Below are positions 46,780 to 56,751 of a stretch of 64,000 bases of DNA, in pieces; the stretch's first letter is position 1; the number at the start of each line of letters is the position of its first letter. Under the pieces are notes generated by a model. That model searched no databases. It saw only the letters and a program-made list of their open reading frames with translations, and was not told the origin of the DNA. Source of the DNA: an uncultured virus (IMG/VR IMGVR_UViG_3300042542_003718) (taxonomy: Duplodnaviria > Heunggongvirae > Uroviricota > Caudoviricetes > Herelleviridae); the IMG/VR virus record IMGVR_UViG_3300042542_003718, one strand, 5' to 3'. A program made the position numbers and the translations under genes.

Positions 46780-48480
46780 TTAGTTTTCATCATCAAAATC
46801 ATCTTTGAAGTCCCAACTTGCTAAAATTCTATGTAAATCTTTTGTGTCTTCTTCTCTTAGATCATTGACTGTTTGATCTAGATCATCCAGATACTCACGA
46901 TCACCGAATGAGATGATATGTTGAAATCTTTCTTCTCTTAGTACACAATGAGCAATCCATAAACTCATAACAGTATCATCATGTTTCTCTCTACCAAGCC
47001 CCCATAATTCTTGTATTAATGGATCACTTATTTCTTTATCAACACTTGTACGACTAGGAATGATCACTTTCCCATTTTCAAAGAGTACAGATAAAGATGT
47101 GACACCATCCCAAGGACTTGCCTTTTTTGCCCCTGTGGTCAAGTGGGGGCGTAAAGGTAGATCGGAAGTTTGTTTGAGGCCTACATAATGCAATTCACCG
47201 AATGCGTTTCGTTCTACGGCGACCGCGTAAACTTTGCCCCTAAATCGTTCATATTCACGAACTACCGCGTTTCTAAGTTCGCTTGTACTCATGCCCCGCT
47301 TTCTAAACAAACCTAGTAAATAATGATCACCAGTTCGCCTATCTCTTGCCCAAGTAGTGCCAACAGTAAAATCGGAATCCTTTGTTTCCGCATGTTGTGC
47401 ATTTTGTACAAGGGAAAAATCCCAACCTTGCACAATATCAAATTGATCTTGATTAACATGTTTAGGGACTTCATAAAAGCTTAGGTTTCGCCCTCTCTCT
47501 TGTGCCTGTTGTAGCCATTCCCATTTAAACGCGGCGGCGGTATCATCTTGAACTTGATTTAAGAATTCCCTTGCGAACATTTGAGAACCAATGGTCATTC
47601 GTTCCTCCATCAACATTTCAAAAGGCCTGTGCTCCTTCCATAATACGATAGGTTCGCCTACTACCTTTACGCCTGTTATTCTTGATTTACCATTGATTTC
47701 TTTTGTTTCATATTCATAGTGTTCAGGCCATTTGAGAATAGCGGGGTCTTCTTGTACGGCCCACGTAGCATCTGTTTTCAAGTGTCCATATAAATCATCA
47801 TGATGCTTCCTAGTACCAATTACAATCATAAGGCCCCCAGGTTCTAACATTGGCTGAACAGTACCCCGAAACCATCTTCTAGTTTTCTCCCTACTTGTTT
47901 GCGAATAGACGGTATCATCATCCTCTAAGTCGTCCGCTAGGATAATATCAAAATGCGCCCCTGTGATTGCGCCGCCCGCCCCGATCGCTTGAATAGTAGG
48001 ATCAACGCTATGATTTTTTCTTTTTACATAGATTTGTCTTTGTGTCCAGCTTTCGCCGCCCCCTTCAAATGGTAAACAGCCCGCATCTAGATCACTTGCC
48101 CAATCTTCTATAATTCGATCACTCTTTAAAAGTTCTTTCACGCGGGACATACGGCGCTCCGCCTGTGGGGCGCTTGCACATATCCACAAGATACGCACAT
48201 CCCTATTTAAACAAATTGCACGAAGGGCATATGTTACCGCTAGTTCAGTTTTACCATGAGAACGAGGGGCAAGTAATAGGATTCTATTTTTACGCCTCTC
48301 TTTGATTGCTTGATTGCGTTCATCCTCTAATCTTTTAAGCCATTGTACGCGGTGCTTTGCATATTGCATACCACAATAATAAACATCAAAGAAAACCGGT
48401 GAATGTGCGGCTAATAATCTACGTTCAGCCGGCGTACTTGGCAAAATCATTTTATTTGACAAACTTTGATTGTTTGGCAT
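46780..48480 (-). CDS. Terminase large subunit
   Basis: APRSHGKT Walker A, ILADD Walker B, IGTR coupling motif, GWD and HDD nuclease residues. Confidence 0.92.
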   Translation of the reverse strand: MPNNQSLSNKMILPSTPAERRLLAAHSPVFFDVYYCGMQYAKHRVQWLKRLEDERNQAIKERRKNRILLLAPRSHGKTELAVTYALRAICLNRDVRILWICASAPQAERRMSRVKELLKSDRIIEDWASDLDAGCLPFEGGGESWTQRQIYVKRKNHSVDPTIQAIGAGGAITGAHFDIILADDLEDDDTVYSQTSREKTRRWFRGTVQPMLEPGGLMIVIGTRKHHDDLYGHLKTDATWAVQEDPAILKWPEHYEYETKEINGKSRITGVKVVGEPIVLWKEHRPFEMLMEERMTIGSQMFAREFLNQVQDDTAAAFKWEWLQQAQERGRNLSFYEVPKHVNQDQFDIVQGWDFSLVQNAQHAETKDSDFTVGTTWARDRRTGDHYLLGLFRKRGMSTSELRNAVVREYERFRGKVYAVAVERNAFGELHYVGLKQTSDLPLRPHLTTGAKKASPWDGVTSLSVLFENGKVIIPSRTSVDKEISDPLIQELWGLGREKHDDTVMSLWIAHCVLREERFQHIISFGDREYLDDLDQTVNDLREEDTKDLHRILASWDFKDDFDDEN

Positions 48481-48518
48481 ACTAGATAAACCCTTTCAAC
48501 CTCTATAAAGGCTTAAAA

Positions 48519-48995
48519 ATGCTTTGTTATATCATGATCTTATCACTTTTTACACATGATCAATCAATCGACTATTCAAAAAAACTAAGTAAAACTTTTC
48601 AAAATAGATTGAAAACGTGTAAGATGGTCGCCCAAGAAGCGAAGAATCAGGCTATTGATCCAGTCTTAGCAGTTTCAATCGCATTCAACGAATCTAAGTT
48701 TACACAAGACGCAATCGCTTTTGATGGCAAAGGTTTTGGACCTATGCAGGCAACCCCCCGCCTATGGTGTGAAAACAAGAAACTTGAGAATTGCGACTTG
48801 ATCAAGGCCGGCGTAACAGCCCTTAGAACCTATTTAGAAATTCATGATGGCGATGAGTTTAAAGCGGTCAAGGCATATGCAGGCAAGGGCGAAAAGGCGC
48901 ATAAGTACGCCCGCCGTATCCTTAGAATCAAGGCTAAAACAATCAACCTTTTAAAGGAAATTCAGGATGAAGATATCATTATCATTGAAAACTAA
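48519..48995 (+). CDS. Lytic transglycosylase (SLT-like)
   Basis: IAFNES, GPMQ, AVKAY motifs. Confidence 0.8.
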   Translation: MLCYIMILSLFTHDQSIDYSKKLSKTFQNRLKTCKMVAQEAKNQAIDPVLAVSIAFNESKFTQDAIAFDGKGFGPMQATPRLWCENKKLENCDLIKAGVTALRTYLEIHDGDEFKAVKAYAGKGEKAHKYARRILRIKAKTINLLKEIQDEDIIIIEN

Positions 48996-50079
48996 TATCA
49001 AAGCAATCAAAGAAATCATCGCCGTAGCAAAACGCAAGAAAACGCCTGAGTATTTGTCGTTTGTTCATGTTGATTGTGTTGTTGTTGGCGAAGCGCGATT
49101 TGTTCGCTTGTCCGCTACTGATCTTGAAACTACGATTACTCATAAACTTGTTGATTGTGATTTTTTTGGTGATGCGTCTTTTAGTACATTGATTCATCAT
49201 GATGCATTAGCCAAGTTATTACCAACATACAAAACTATTGATATCATTGATGACAAGATCAAGGCCGGACAAGCTGAAATCACACATCAAATCCTTGATT
49301 CAAGAGACTATGCAGACATTTTAAACGATATTCAAGGGATCAAGGGGCAAGAGAGCGCCTACGCCCTTACTGATGATGATATTATTGAGCTTAGAACCGC
49401 TTTATCTACCGCCCTTATTGCATCATCAAACGAAGAATCAAGAGTCCGCCTATGTAGTGTATACCTATCCACAAATGAAGAAGGTTTTCTAATCGCTACC
49501 GCTACCGATGGACACCGATTGACAATCTACAAAACAGGCATCAAAACAAGTTTAAATGCGCTACTTCCAAAATGTCAAGTTCCTCTTCTTTGTGATGTGC
49601 TCAATGGTAACTTTGATGTAAAGATTTGGGCAACAAAGAGCATGCTATATGTATCAAGGGGGCAAGATTTCATTTTAGCCGTCCGCTTGATTGCTGAAGA
49701 TTTCCCAGATACTTCTCGTATTATTCCTAAGAACAATGAGTATTTGATTACATTCAACAGCGCTCATCTATTTAGTATCAAAGAAGCGTTGTTATTTGCA
49801 CAGGATAAAGCGGGGGCGGGTATCACTTTGAAACACCAAAAAGAAGGCAATAAATTATTTATTAGCCTCAAAGATGCAAATACTACAGGTTTGACATATG
49901 AGTCAAAAGATGAGGGGTTCTCAAACAGTGATTACTCTATTTGCTTTTCACCTAAGTATCTTTTAGACGCCCTACAAAATACGCCAACCATGCTAGCCGG
50001 TCCTAGTGAGTTTTCGCCTGTACTTTGTATAGAAGAGACAGGCAAGATCATGAATATTTTGATGGCTAGACGTGGCTAA
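48967..50079 (+). CDS. dnaN: DNA polymerase III beta sliding clamp homolog
   Basis: SATDLE, ATDGHRL, FPD..RIIP, F.PKYLLDAL motifs. Confidence 0.85.
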   Translation: MKISLSLKTNIKAIKEIIAVAKRKKTPEYLSFVHVDCVVVGEARFVRLSATDLETTITHKLVDCDFFGDASFSTLIHHDALAKLLPTYKTIDIIDDKIKAGQAEITHQILDSRDYADILNDIQGIKGQESAYALTDDDIIELRTALSTALIASSNEESRVRLCSVYLSTNEEGFLIATATDGHRLTIYKTGIKTSLNALLPKCQVPLLCDVLNGNFDVKIWATKSMLYVSRGQDFILAVRLIAEDFPDTSRIIPKNNEYLITFNSAHLFSIKEALLFAQDKAGAGITLKHQKEGNKLFISLKDANTTGLTYESKDEGFSNSDYSICFSPKYLLDALQNTPTMLAGPSEFSPVLCIEETGKIMNILMARRG

Positions 50080-50103
50080 CATTTAAAAAAGTTATTATGT
50101 ACA

Positions 50104-50856
50104 ATGAAAACTAATCAAATTTATCATGGCGATTGTCTTGATTTGCTACCGAATATTCCTAGTAAATCTGTTGATATGATCTTGTGCGATTTGCCTTATG
50201 GAACTACGGCCTGTGAATGGGATTCTATTATCGACATGGGGCAACTTTGGCAACAATATGAACGAGTTATCAAGGATAATGGGGCAATTGTGTTGACGGC
50301 ATGCAATGAATTTACATTCTTATTATACAACAGCAATCCTAAGCTTTTTAGATATAGATGGATTTGGGAAAAGAACCTATCAACTAATTTTCTTCATGCA
50401 AAGAAACAGCCCATGAGGAATTTTGAAGATGTTTTGATCTTTTATAAGAAGCAACCTACTTATCATCCTATTAGCTTTAAATTTGGGAAAGAAGGGAAGA
50501 GAAAGGCACGTAATAGAGAGTGTGAGCAATGGAATTTAAAAAGAACGGATAGTGTGGTACATGTAAATCGTTTACCTACAAGCATTTTATCTTTTGATTG
50601 CGAATCACGAATTAATTCAATCCACCCAACACAAAAACCGGTAGCCCTGTTTGAGTACCTAATCAAAACCTATACCAATGAAGGCGAAGTAGTCTTAGAT
50701 AATTGTTCAGGTTCAGGGACTACAGCGATTGCGTGTTTAAATAGTAACAGGCGGTTCATTTGCATAGAAAAAGATGAAACCTACTACAAGAAATCACTTG
50801 AACGCATAGCGAACCATGAACCTCTTTTACATTTACAAAATATCAATGAAAACTAA
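50104..50856 (+). CDS. N6A/N4C DNA methyltransferase, beta class, paralog 1
   Basis: DLPY (IV), HPTQKP, DNCSGSGTT (I). Confidence 0.9.
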   Translation: MKTNQIYHGDCLDLLPNIPSKSVDMILCDLPYGTTACEWDSIIDMGQLWQQYERVIKDNGAIVLTACNEFTFLLYNSNPKLFRYRWIWEKNLSTNFLHAKKQPMRNFEDVLIFYKKQPTYHPISFKFGKEGKRKARNRECEQWNLKRTDSVVHVNRLPTSILSFDCESRINSIHPTQKPVALFEYLIKTYTNEGEVVLDNCSGSGTTAIACLNSNRRFICIEKDETYYKKSLERIANHEPLLHLQNINEN

Positions 50857-50918
50857 GAAAGAAAAATAAAAAGTTCTTTGTTTACTATGTGATCCATTTT
50901 AAAAGAAAGTGAGTTACT

Positions 50919-51311
50919 ATGGATGATTTACAAAGAACACTGATGATTGAAGAGATGATGGAGCGGGGCGAAGTTTACGAAGGTTATCGGGAAAATCAAA
51001 AGTTCATACTTGAGCATAAACGATTTTACAACAAATGCACAAAAGAACGCTTTCTAAGTGAATTTTCTTACGATTTATCTTGGGGCGAAATCGCTTTAAA
51101 ACTTGGAATTAGTAAATATTCCGCCCGCGAACTTGGGATTTATTATGGTATCCATAAGAAACAAAAGAACAAGAATAGAACTGTGACAGATGCACAACTT
51201 ATAGAAGCATTCAAAGAGTATCCACGTAAAGCAATCAAAGAGATCAAGGATGATTTGAAATTAAGCTTCTCTACTGTTTGGCGAAGAGCAAAAGAACTGG
51301 GCTTACTATGA
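50919..51311 (+). CDS. HTH DNA-binding protein
   Basis: Two HTH-like segments (EIALKLGIS; EIKDDLKLSFSTVWRR). Confidence 0.55.
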   Translation: MDDLQRTLMIEEMMERGEVYEGYRENQKFILEHKRFYNKCTKERFLSEFSYDLSWGEIALKLGISKYSARELGIYYGIHKKQKNKNRTVTDAQLIEAFKEYPRKAIKEIKDDLKLSFSTVWRRAKELGLL

Positions 51312-51363
51312 TCAATGATATAGAGAAACTAAGCGCCTTATTATATAGGAAATTAGCTACTTT

Positions 51364-53550
51364 TTAAATGATACAAGCGCCGCCCGCACATGCTAGCTCT
51401 TGGGCCTGTGTTGTCTCATCTGTGCCCTCTAAAACGCTATCAAAGTCAACTGCATTGCTTGATCTAAGAGATACCCATAATTCGAATGCGTCCGCTCGTT
51501 CTTGCTTGCGATTGAGCGCAAAGCTCAAGGCGCTTTTATATCTATCTTCATCTTTATGTTCTAAGTATTCGTGTTCAATCTGTTCAACCTCATTAAAGTA
51601 CATGTTTTGATTTTCTATGTGATCATATACCGCTTTGAATGGGGGTTGTTGGTAGTCATAATCACCGCTCATGCTTAGGAATGATACACCACAAAAATAC
51701 TCTTGATTATCAAAGACAAATTCGCCCGCCTGTTCCCATTCGTTAGGGCGTACGTTGCAAGTATTTGATACATTATGATCAGAACCTTCAAGGGATTTAG
51801 GGCGTGCGTTGCCATTCTTTACCCATGAATTATAGACCATCTTAACAAGTGATAAGAATTCTGTTGCTTTGAGATCGTTTTTAAACACATTTTCGGGGTT
51901 GCATTCTACAGCGAAGATCAAACATTTATCAGTTCCATTCGCCGCCCATACACTGTTTTTCACCGCTTGGGGGTTAAGTTCCTCAAACTTTTGAACAAGT
52001 GCGGAATCGGCGGGAACTTGTACATGTCTTAGAAACCGGCGGGCGTGTTCGGGGTGAATGCCAGATGCACAGCCCAAAATTACGGAAGCGGTCCCGCTAG
52101 GTTTTACACATGTAATTCTCGCCGCCGGTTTGATACCTATTTTCTTTGAAAATTGCTTATTGATTACGATTGCAAATTCAGCAAGCGACTTGAGCAAAAA
52201 TGATGCCCGATCTTCTTCATGCTTGAAAAAGAAAGCGGAATTGGCTAGACCGGTCAACGATACCCCTAACAATGCTTCACGCTCTACAATTTGCTCACTT
52301 ACAGGGCCTAAGTAGTCTGATTTAGTATAACTTGCCTGCAATGTGCCAAGTTTTACAGCGTTCTTCACCGCTACATAGAACGCATCAATTGAGTCGATAG
52401 AGAAATCTTTAAACTTAGATGCGTTAACCTCTGTCAAATTGCATGCTTGCCAACCGCTTTGAAATGTATAGCCTTGATCTTCATATTTAGATCTATGTTC
52501 GGGGTTGATCAAGTCTAATGTGTACTCTTCCACAATTTGCCCTTCTTTGTCCTTGATGAGCATAGGACACATAGAAATTTCGACGCATGGATTGAAACAG
52601 AACTCTGTTGACTCGGTAAACACGAATCCAGGTTCGCCCCATTGTGGCACATTGTCTAGGAATTTCTTCATGAAATCTTGTTTGTCAAGTTTATTTTTCA
52701 AGGCTACCGCTGAAATATTGGCCCTTGCTCTATATGGTGCATCTTTCCACCAATTCCCAGTTTTAGCGGTCCACATGTCCGAATCATCCATGCTGAAAAT
52801 TGCAATGGTTGCACTTCTACGCACGCCACCAGATAACACGCAATCAGACGCAACGCACACGATATCAAGGCAATCAATACTACGTAGATTCATCCCCGCC
52901 CTTGATACAAGTATCTTTTCAATCATTTGTAAACTGAATTTGAGAGGCACAGGCCCAGGCGCTTTACCACCATGAGACAAAGGGGAGCCCTTCTTTCTAA
53001 TCAGTGAATAATTGAAGATGGGCATGGTATCAGATTGACCAAGATAGAACTGAATAAGGGCATCAAGCGCATCAGCCCAGCCCTCAATCGTATCTTTGAT
53101 CATGACTACCTTCATTTGTGCATTGTTAATTTGATCAGATGAGATCACAGGGGGCAACTTTGAAACGTGGTGCTTTTGTACAGAATAACCCACGCCACAG
53201 CCACACAGAAGAAGCCATAGGGATTCAGCAAAGAAGCGGGGGCGGTCACAAAACGAAGTTGTACAATTAAAAATGCGCCAAGGCTTATCAAGTATCGCCT
53301 TGCCTCCGAATTGCAATGATCTTTGAGAACCTAGAATATCTTTACGCTTTAGTGAATCTTCGATCTCGTTCAAATCCTCAAAGATTTCAATGTTATCAAT
53401 GAACTTTGAGGCGTGCATATTCATAAGCCTATCTACAGACTCGCCCCAGTTCTCACGCCGTCTCTTAGATGGTAGATACTTTGCGTAGGTTTGTTTAAAT
53501 GTGAAATTGGCTAGGTTGCTGCGTTGAATATCCATGTTTATTTTCTCCAT
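51364..53550 (-). CDS. nrdJ: Class II (B12-dependent) ribonucleotide reductase
   Basis: FNC, GGVRRSA, NPCVEI, TCVKPSGT, C-terminal CAGGAC; no small subunit in the window. Confidence 0.9.
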   Translation of the reverse strand: MEKINMDIQRSNLANFTFKQTYAKYLPSKRRRENWGESVDRLMNMHASKFIDNIEIFEDLNEIEDSLKRKDILGSQRSLQFGGKAILDKPWRIFNCTTSFCDRPRFFAESLWLLLCGCGVGYSVQKHHVSKLPPVISSDQINNAQMKVVMIKDTIEGWADALDALIQFYLGQSDTMPIFNYSLIRKKGSPLSHGGKAPGPVPLKFSLQMIEKILVSRAGMNLRSIDCLDIVCVASDCVLSGGVRRSATIAIFSMDDSDMWTAKTGNWWKDAPYRARANISAVALKNKLDKQDFMKKFLDNVPQWGEPGFVFTESTEFCFNPCVEISMCPMLIKDKEGQIVEEYTLDLINPEHRSKYEDQGYTFQSGWQACNLTEVNASKFKDFSIDSIDAFYVAVKNAVKLGTLQASYTKSDYLGPVSEQIVEREALLGVSLTGLANSAFFFKHEEDRASFLLKSLAEFAIVINKQFSKKIGIKPAARITCVKPSGTASVILGCASGIHPEHARRFLRHVQVPADSALVQKFEELNPQAVKNSVWAANGTDKCLIFAVECNPENVFKNDLKATEFLSLVKMVYNSWVKNGNARPKSLEGSDHNVSNTCNVRPNEWEQAGEFVFDNQEYFCGVSFLSMSGDYDYQQPPFKAVYDHIENQNMYFNEVEQIEHEYLEHKDEDRYKSALSFALNRKQERADAFELWVSLRSSNAVDFDSVLEGTDETTQAQELACAGGACII

Positions 53551-53612
53551 GGTTTACAGTGATGAAAGTTCTTAAGTATAATTCTTTAAATGCCAGTAAA
53601 CAATTTTATTTT

Positions 53613-54059
53613 TTATCTTGTGTACTCAATCTCAATGAGTTCTTGAATTTCCTGATTTACTTCTTTTACTTCTGTTTCAATGGTCAATTGAATCTCTTTC
53701 ATTTCTTTTGCGCCCTTGCCTACATAGAAAAACACAAGAGAAAGAGACAACGCAAACAAAGTAAATTCGCTAAATGTAAGTAGTGAGACAATATCAACAA
53801 ATAACAGGGGCAACAAACAGGCAATTAGAAAACAAGTAAAGATCGTAATTGCTTCTTTTCGTTGTCTATAAAGTTCTTTTTGAACAAGTAACAATTTTTG
53901 AAGGGTTAAGCGGTAAACCATAAGGTTCATTAAGTCAACGCCCGCTTGTTTCAAGTCAATTTGTTCGGGGTTGGGATTGATTTCGTTGTCTTGGTCGATC
54001 ATCGTTTTTTGTGTCCTTTTTGTGAGTTTCTTTGATCCATTGTTGAACAATCCAGGCAT
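53613..54059 (-). CDS. Membrane protein (2 TM)
   Basis: Two hydrophobic helices. Confidence 0.55.
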   Translation of the reverse strand: MPGLFNNGSKKLTKRTQKTMIDQDNEINPNPEQIDLKQAGVDLMNLMVYRLTLQKLLLVQKELYRQRKEAITIFTCFLIACLLPLLFVDIVSLLTFSEFTLFALSLSLVFFYVGKGAKEMKEIQLTIETEVKEVNQEIQELIEIEYTR

Positions 54060-54353
54060 TCATTTTTGTTCATCCATATTCAAAATAAATTGATTATTGA
54101 TACCGGTAACAGTGAAATTTGCATCACTGTTGGCGGGGTGAATTTTTACTAGAAACTTGCCACTAACGACCGGATGAAAATCAATTTCCCAGTTATCAAA
54201 CACGCGGTAAATGTTTTTATCTGTCACCTCTGCAATCATTGAAGCTGCTTCTATCAAAGAATACATAGATGAAAACTTAGTAGGGATTCCCATTTCTTTT
54301 TCATGGTCACATTTGATTATAAAGTCTATTTCAAACTTTTCGGGCGTTCTCAT
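54060..54353 (-). CDS. Hypothetical protein
   Basis: ORF within the operon, GGAG SD. Confidence 0.55.
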   Translation of the reverse strand: MRTPEKFEIDFIIKCDHEKEMGIPTKFSSMYSLIEAASMIAEVTDKNIYRVFDNWEIDFHPVVSGKFLVKIHPANSDANFTVTGINNQFILNMDEQK

Positions 54354-55059
54354 AGGTTCTCCATAGTTCAGATTTCATTTGTTCTAGTTCTTTTTTAACG
54401 TAGATTGATTTGTCTAGTAGCTTCATAGATTCAGGGAATAGGCACGCCGTAATCTGTTTCACAGCGCTTGCAAACTCTCTAATTTCTTCTTGTGCGTGTT
54501 CATCAATGCGTAGCGTTAAAAAGTGCATAATCGCCTGTAAATCAGCCTTCCAGATACAAGAAGAGTACATACCTACGGGCAATTGTACGCGTGCTTGTTC
54601 CCTGCATATACCTTGTTCAAGCATCCACTTATAATTATCATAGCATGTTTTATAGGTTTCTTCTAGTCTTGCGAATGCCTCTAGTTCAACATTGTTTTCA
54701 ATTTGCCCGTAACTTGATTGCTTGCTTGTTGGGTGCTGCTTTCTCCATAGTACAGGCTTAAAGAACTCTTCTTTGATTTCTACATATCGCCCGCTTACCT
54801 CATTCCACGAACAGCCGATAACGTGCTTCATCCATTGCCTAAGAACAAAAATAGGCGCTTTGACTCTAAATTTAATCGTTGCCATTCTAAAGGGTGATGT
54901 ATGCTCATGCTCCCATAGGTAGTTCATCAGTTTTGCATCTTTATCAGTGAAATCTTGAGTTTGTGCGCCAAAAGACACGCGGGCCGCGTTTACGATTGAA
55001 CAATCATCGCCGAATACATCGACCAGTTCAACGAATCCTTCATATACATTGATTTTCAT
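54331..55059 (-). CDS. thyX: FAD-dependent thymidylate synthase
   Basis: AARVS, HTSPF, SWNEVSGRY, REQAR, LR...HAQ.EI. Confidence 0.9.
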   Translation of the reverse strand: MKINVYEGFVELVDVFGDDCSIVNAARVSFGAQTQDFTDKDAKLMNYLWEHEHTSPFRMATIKFRVKAPIFVLRQWMKHVIGCSWNEVSGRYVEIKEEFFKPVLWRKQHPTSKQSSYGQIENNVELEAFARLEETYKTCYDNYKWMLEQGICREQARVQLPVGMYSSCIWKADLQAIMHFLTLRIDEHAQEEIREFASAVKQITACLFPESMKLLDKSIYVKKELEQMKSELWRTYENARKV

Positions 55060-55091
55060 TTTTCTTGTCCCTGTTTGCTAGTTTCAAGATA

Positions 55092-55625
55092 CTATTCTAT
55101 TTTGTTCAAATATAATTCGTTTATTTTAGATACTAAATCGGGCAAGTCTGTATTAGGTACTAAGTCTACTTTGTAGGGTTGTAAATCCTTAGTGTTCAGG
55201 GACTTTTTAGACTCATGCGCAAAGTTTCTAAAGGGAATAAGAAACCATTGATCATCTGTATCTTTGGGCGTGAGACAAACAAGGATACAGGCAATAAAGC
55301 CCCACCGGTCAAGAAGTCTAAGTTCGTCAATCTGTTTTTCATTGATTGCGTCTAGTGTGATCATTGTACTTGATCTGTACTTTAGTTCAAAGAGTCCGCT
55401 TTTACCATTGCTTAAAAAGATTTCAAAGTCTGCGCCCGCTGCTCCAGTGTTCACCGCTAAAAACCTATGATTACTTAAGTTCTTTGATACTCTTACATAT
55501 GGTTCAAATCTCTTTTTGATTAGTGCGCTATCAGTGCTTAGATAGTACGTATTCAAGCGGTCAATAAGGCGTTCATAGTAATCGCCCGCCCGCTTCGATT
55601 TCAAGCCCCGTCGTATATTGTCCAT
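55092..55625 (-). CDS. recU: RecU-like Holliday junction resolvase
   Basis: G..YE..I...N..Y, ADF...FELK, Q...L pattern. Confidence 0.7.
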   Translation of the reverse strand: MDNIRRGLKSKRAGDYYERLIDRLNTYYLSTDSALIKKRFEPYVRVSKNLSNHRFLAVNTGAAGADFEIFLSNGKSGLFELKYRSSTMITLDAINEKQIDELRLLDRWGFIACILVCLTPKDTDDQWFLIPFRNFAHESKKSLNTKDLQPYKVDLVPNTDLPDLVSKINELYLNKIE

Positions 55626-55675
55626 TTCGTTCTATGCTCCTATGTGTAAAAGAGCATCATAACAGTTTAACCCGA

Positions 55676-55870
55676 TTAAAGCATATTAAAAAAATATTGT
55701 ACAATTAAACACCAACCGACAACGACAACAGGGATCAAGATCACTCCTAAGATACTAAGAACACAGGTAGCCACGAACGAAAAAACTTCATTTAAAAATG
55801 TATTCTTTGTTGTCTTTGTCTCTTCTTTTTGCACGATTGGGAATAGTCCGCATGGTTCAGGTTTTCTCAT
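55676..55870 (-). CDS. Small membrane protein
   Basis: Hydrophobic C-terminus; ATGA overlap. Confidence 0.45.
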   Translation of the reverse strand: MRKPEPCGLFPIVQKEETKTTKNTFLNEVFSFVATCVLSILGVILIPVVVVGWCLIVQYFFNML

Positions 55871-56196
55871 TTGCTACGTACACTTTCTCTTGATTCAAGT
55901 TCATTGATTTCTTGTTTGATAAATTCGAGTTTAGAGGCCAACAATGATTCAAATGTATCTTTTTCGCTTAGGTTAAAGCGTAGGTACTTTGTTGTAAAGT
56001 GACGGCCAAGGGATACGTGAATAAATCTGTAATCATTGAATACGTTGAGTACAATGACTACATCTACTTCACCGATACACGCACTCAATAGAACTTCATG
56101 CAATTCTTCTTTGTTGTCTAGTTCTAAGCGGCGTTCTGTTACTTCCCAAGCGAGGCCGGATGGTTCAAGGCCGGCATTTAGTAAATTGGCGATCAT
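55867..56196 (-). CDS. Hypothetical protein, paralog of 56218-56502
   Basis: MIA..LLNAGL; identical SD/start region. Confidence 0.65.
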   Translation of the reverse strand: MIANLLNAGLEPSGLAWEVTERRLELDNKEELHEVLLSACIGEVDVVIVLNVFNDYRFIHVSLGRHFTTKYLRFNLSEKDTFESLLASKLEFIKQEINELESRESVRSK

Positions 56197-56217
56197 TTGT
56201 TTTCTCCTGTCTCTTTC

Positions 56218-56502
56218 TTAGTTTGATTGTGTGTATTGCTTAACAAATTTACAAACATCCACAAGCGCCTCATCAAGGCAACCATCAGCAAATTCAATTT
56301 GTGTAGCATGGTAAACAAGGGCGCTAATTGAAACATGCACATATTTTGTATGGTCCGCATAAAAGATTGTCATGGTGACATAGCGGCCAAGATAGTACGC
56401 AAACACTGTGAAGCTTTTTTCTTCTGTCTCACTTGCGTAGTCATTGATTTGGGCAACGTTCAAGCCAGCATTTAGCAAAGTGTCTTTGATTTGTGCGATC
56501 AT
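56218..56502 (-). CDS. Hypothetical protein
   Basis: GGAGAAAACAAATG start at 56502. Confidence 0.65.
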   Translation of the reverse strand: MIAQIKDTLLNAGLNVAQINDYASETEEKSFTVFAYYLGRYVTMTIFYADHTKYVHVSISALVYHATQIEFADGCLDEALVDVCKFVKQYTQSN

Positions 56503-56532
56503 TTGTTTTCTCCGTAGTGTGTGATCGTTTTT

Positions 56533-56608
56533 GTTAAGGTACTTTCTAAATAACATACGGTTTTTACTTTGTCAATAAATTTTACAAATTAAATTGAAAA
56601 TATTTTAC
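56533..56608 (-). promoter_or_regulatory. Sigma70-like promoter, same family as 3356/7295/21588
   Basis: TTTGTAAAATTTA-TTGACAAAGTAAAAACC identical to the 21588 copy; CCTTAAC leader. Confidence 0.75.
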
Positions 56609-56751
56609 TTGTCTTCTTCAGATAGTTTTTCATAGTCGAGTTCATTGATTACTTTTTTGCTTAGTTGTCAATAAATTCTACAAAATAAACACCGATCTTT
56701 TGATTGATACATATAAGCATAGTTCATAAAATCAAAGAGAAAGGATAAATC

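Noticed and set aside
50846..50869. ATGAAAACTAA resembling another MTase start
   Set aside because: Only 7 codons; chance or an uninformative relic.
52505..52975. Antisense ORFs here and at 5811, 6645, 43874 and elsewhere
   Set aside because: Shadows of real genes on the opposite strand, with no SD or motifs.
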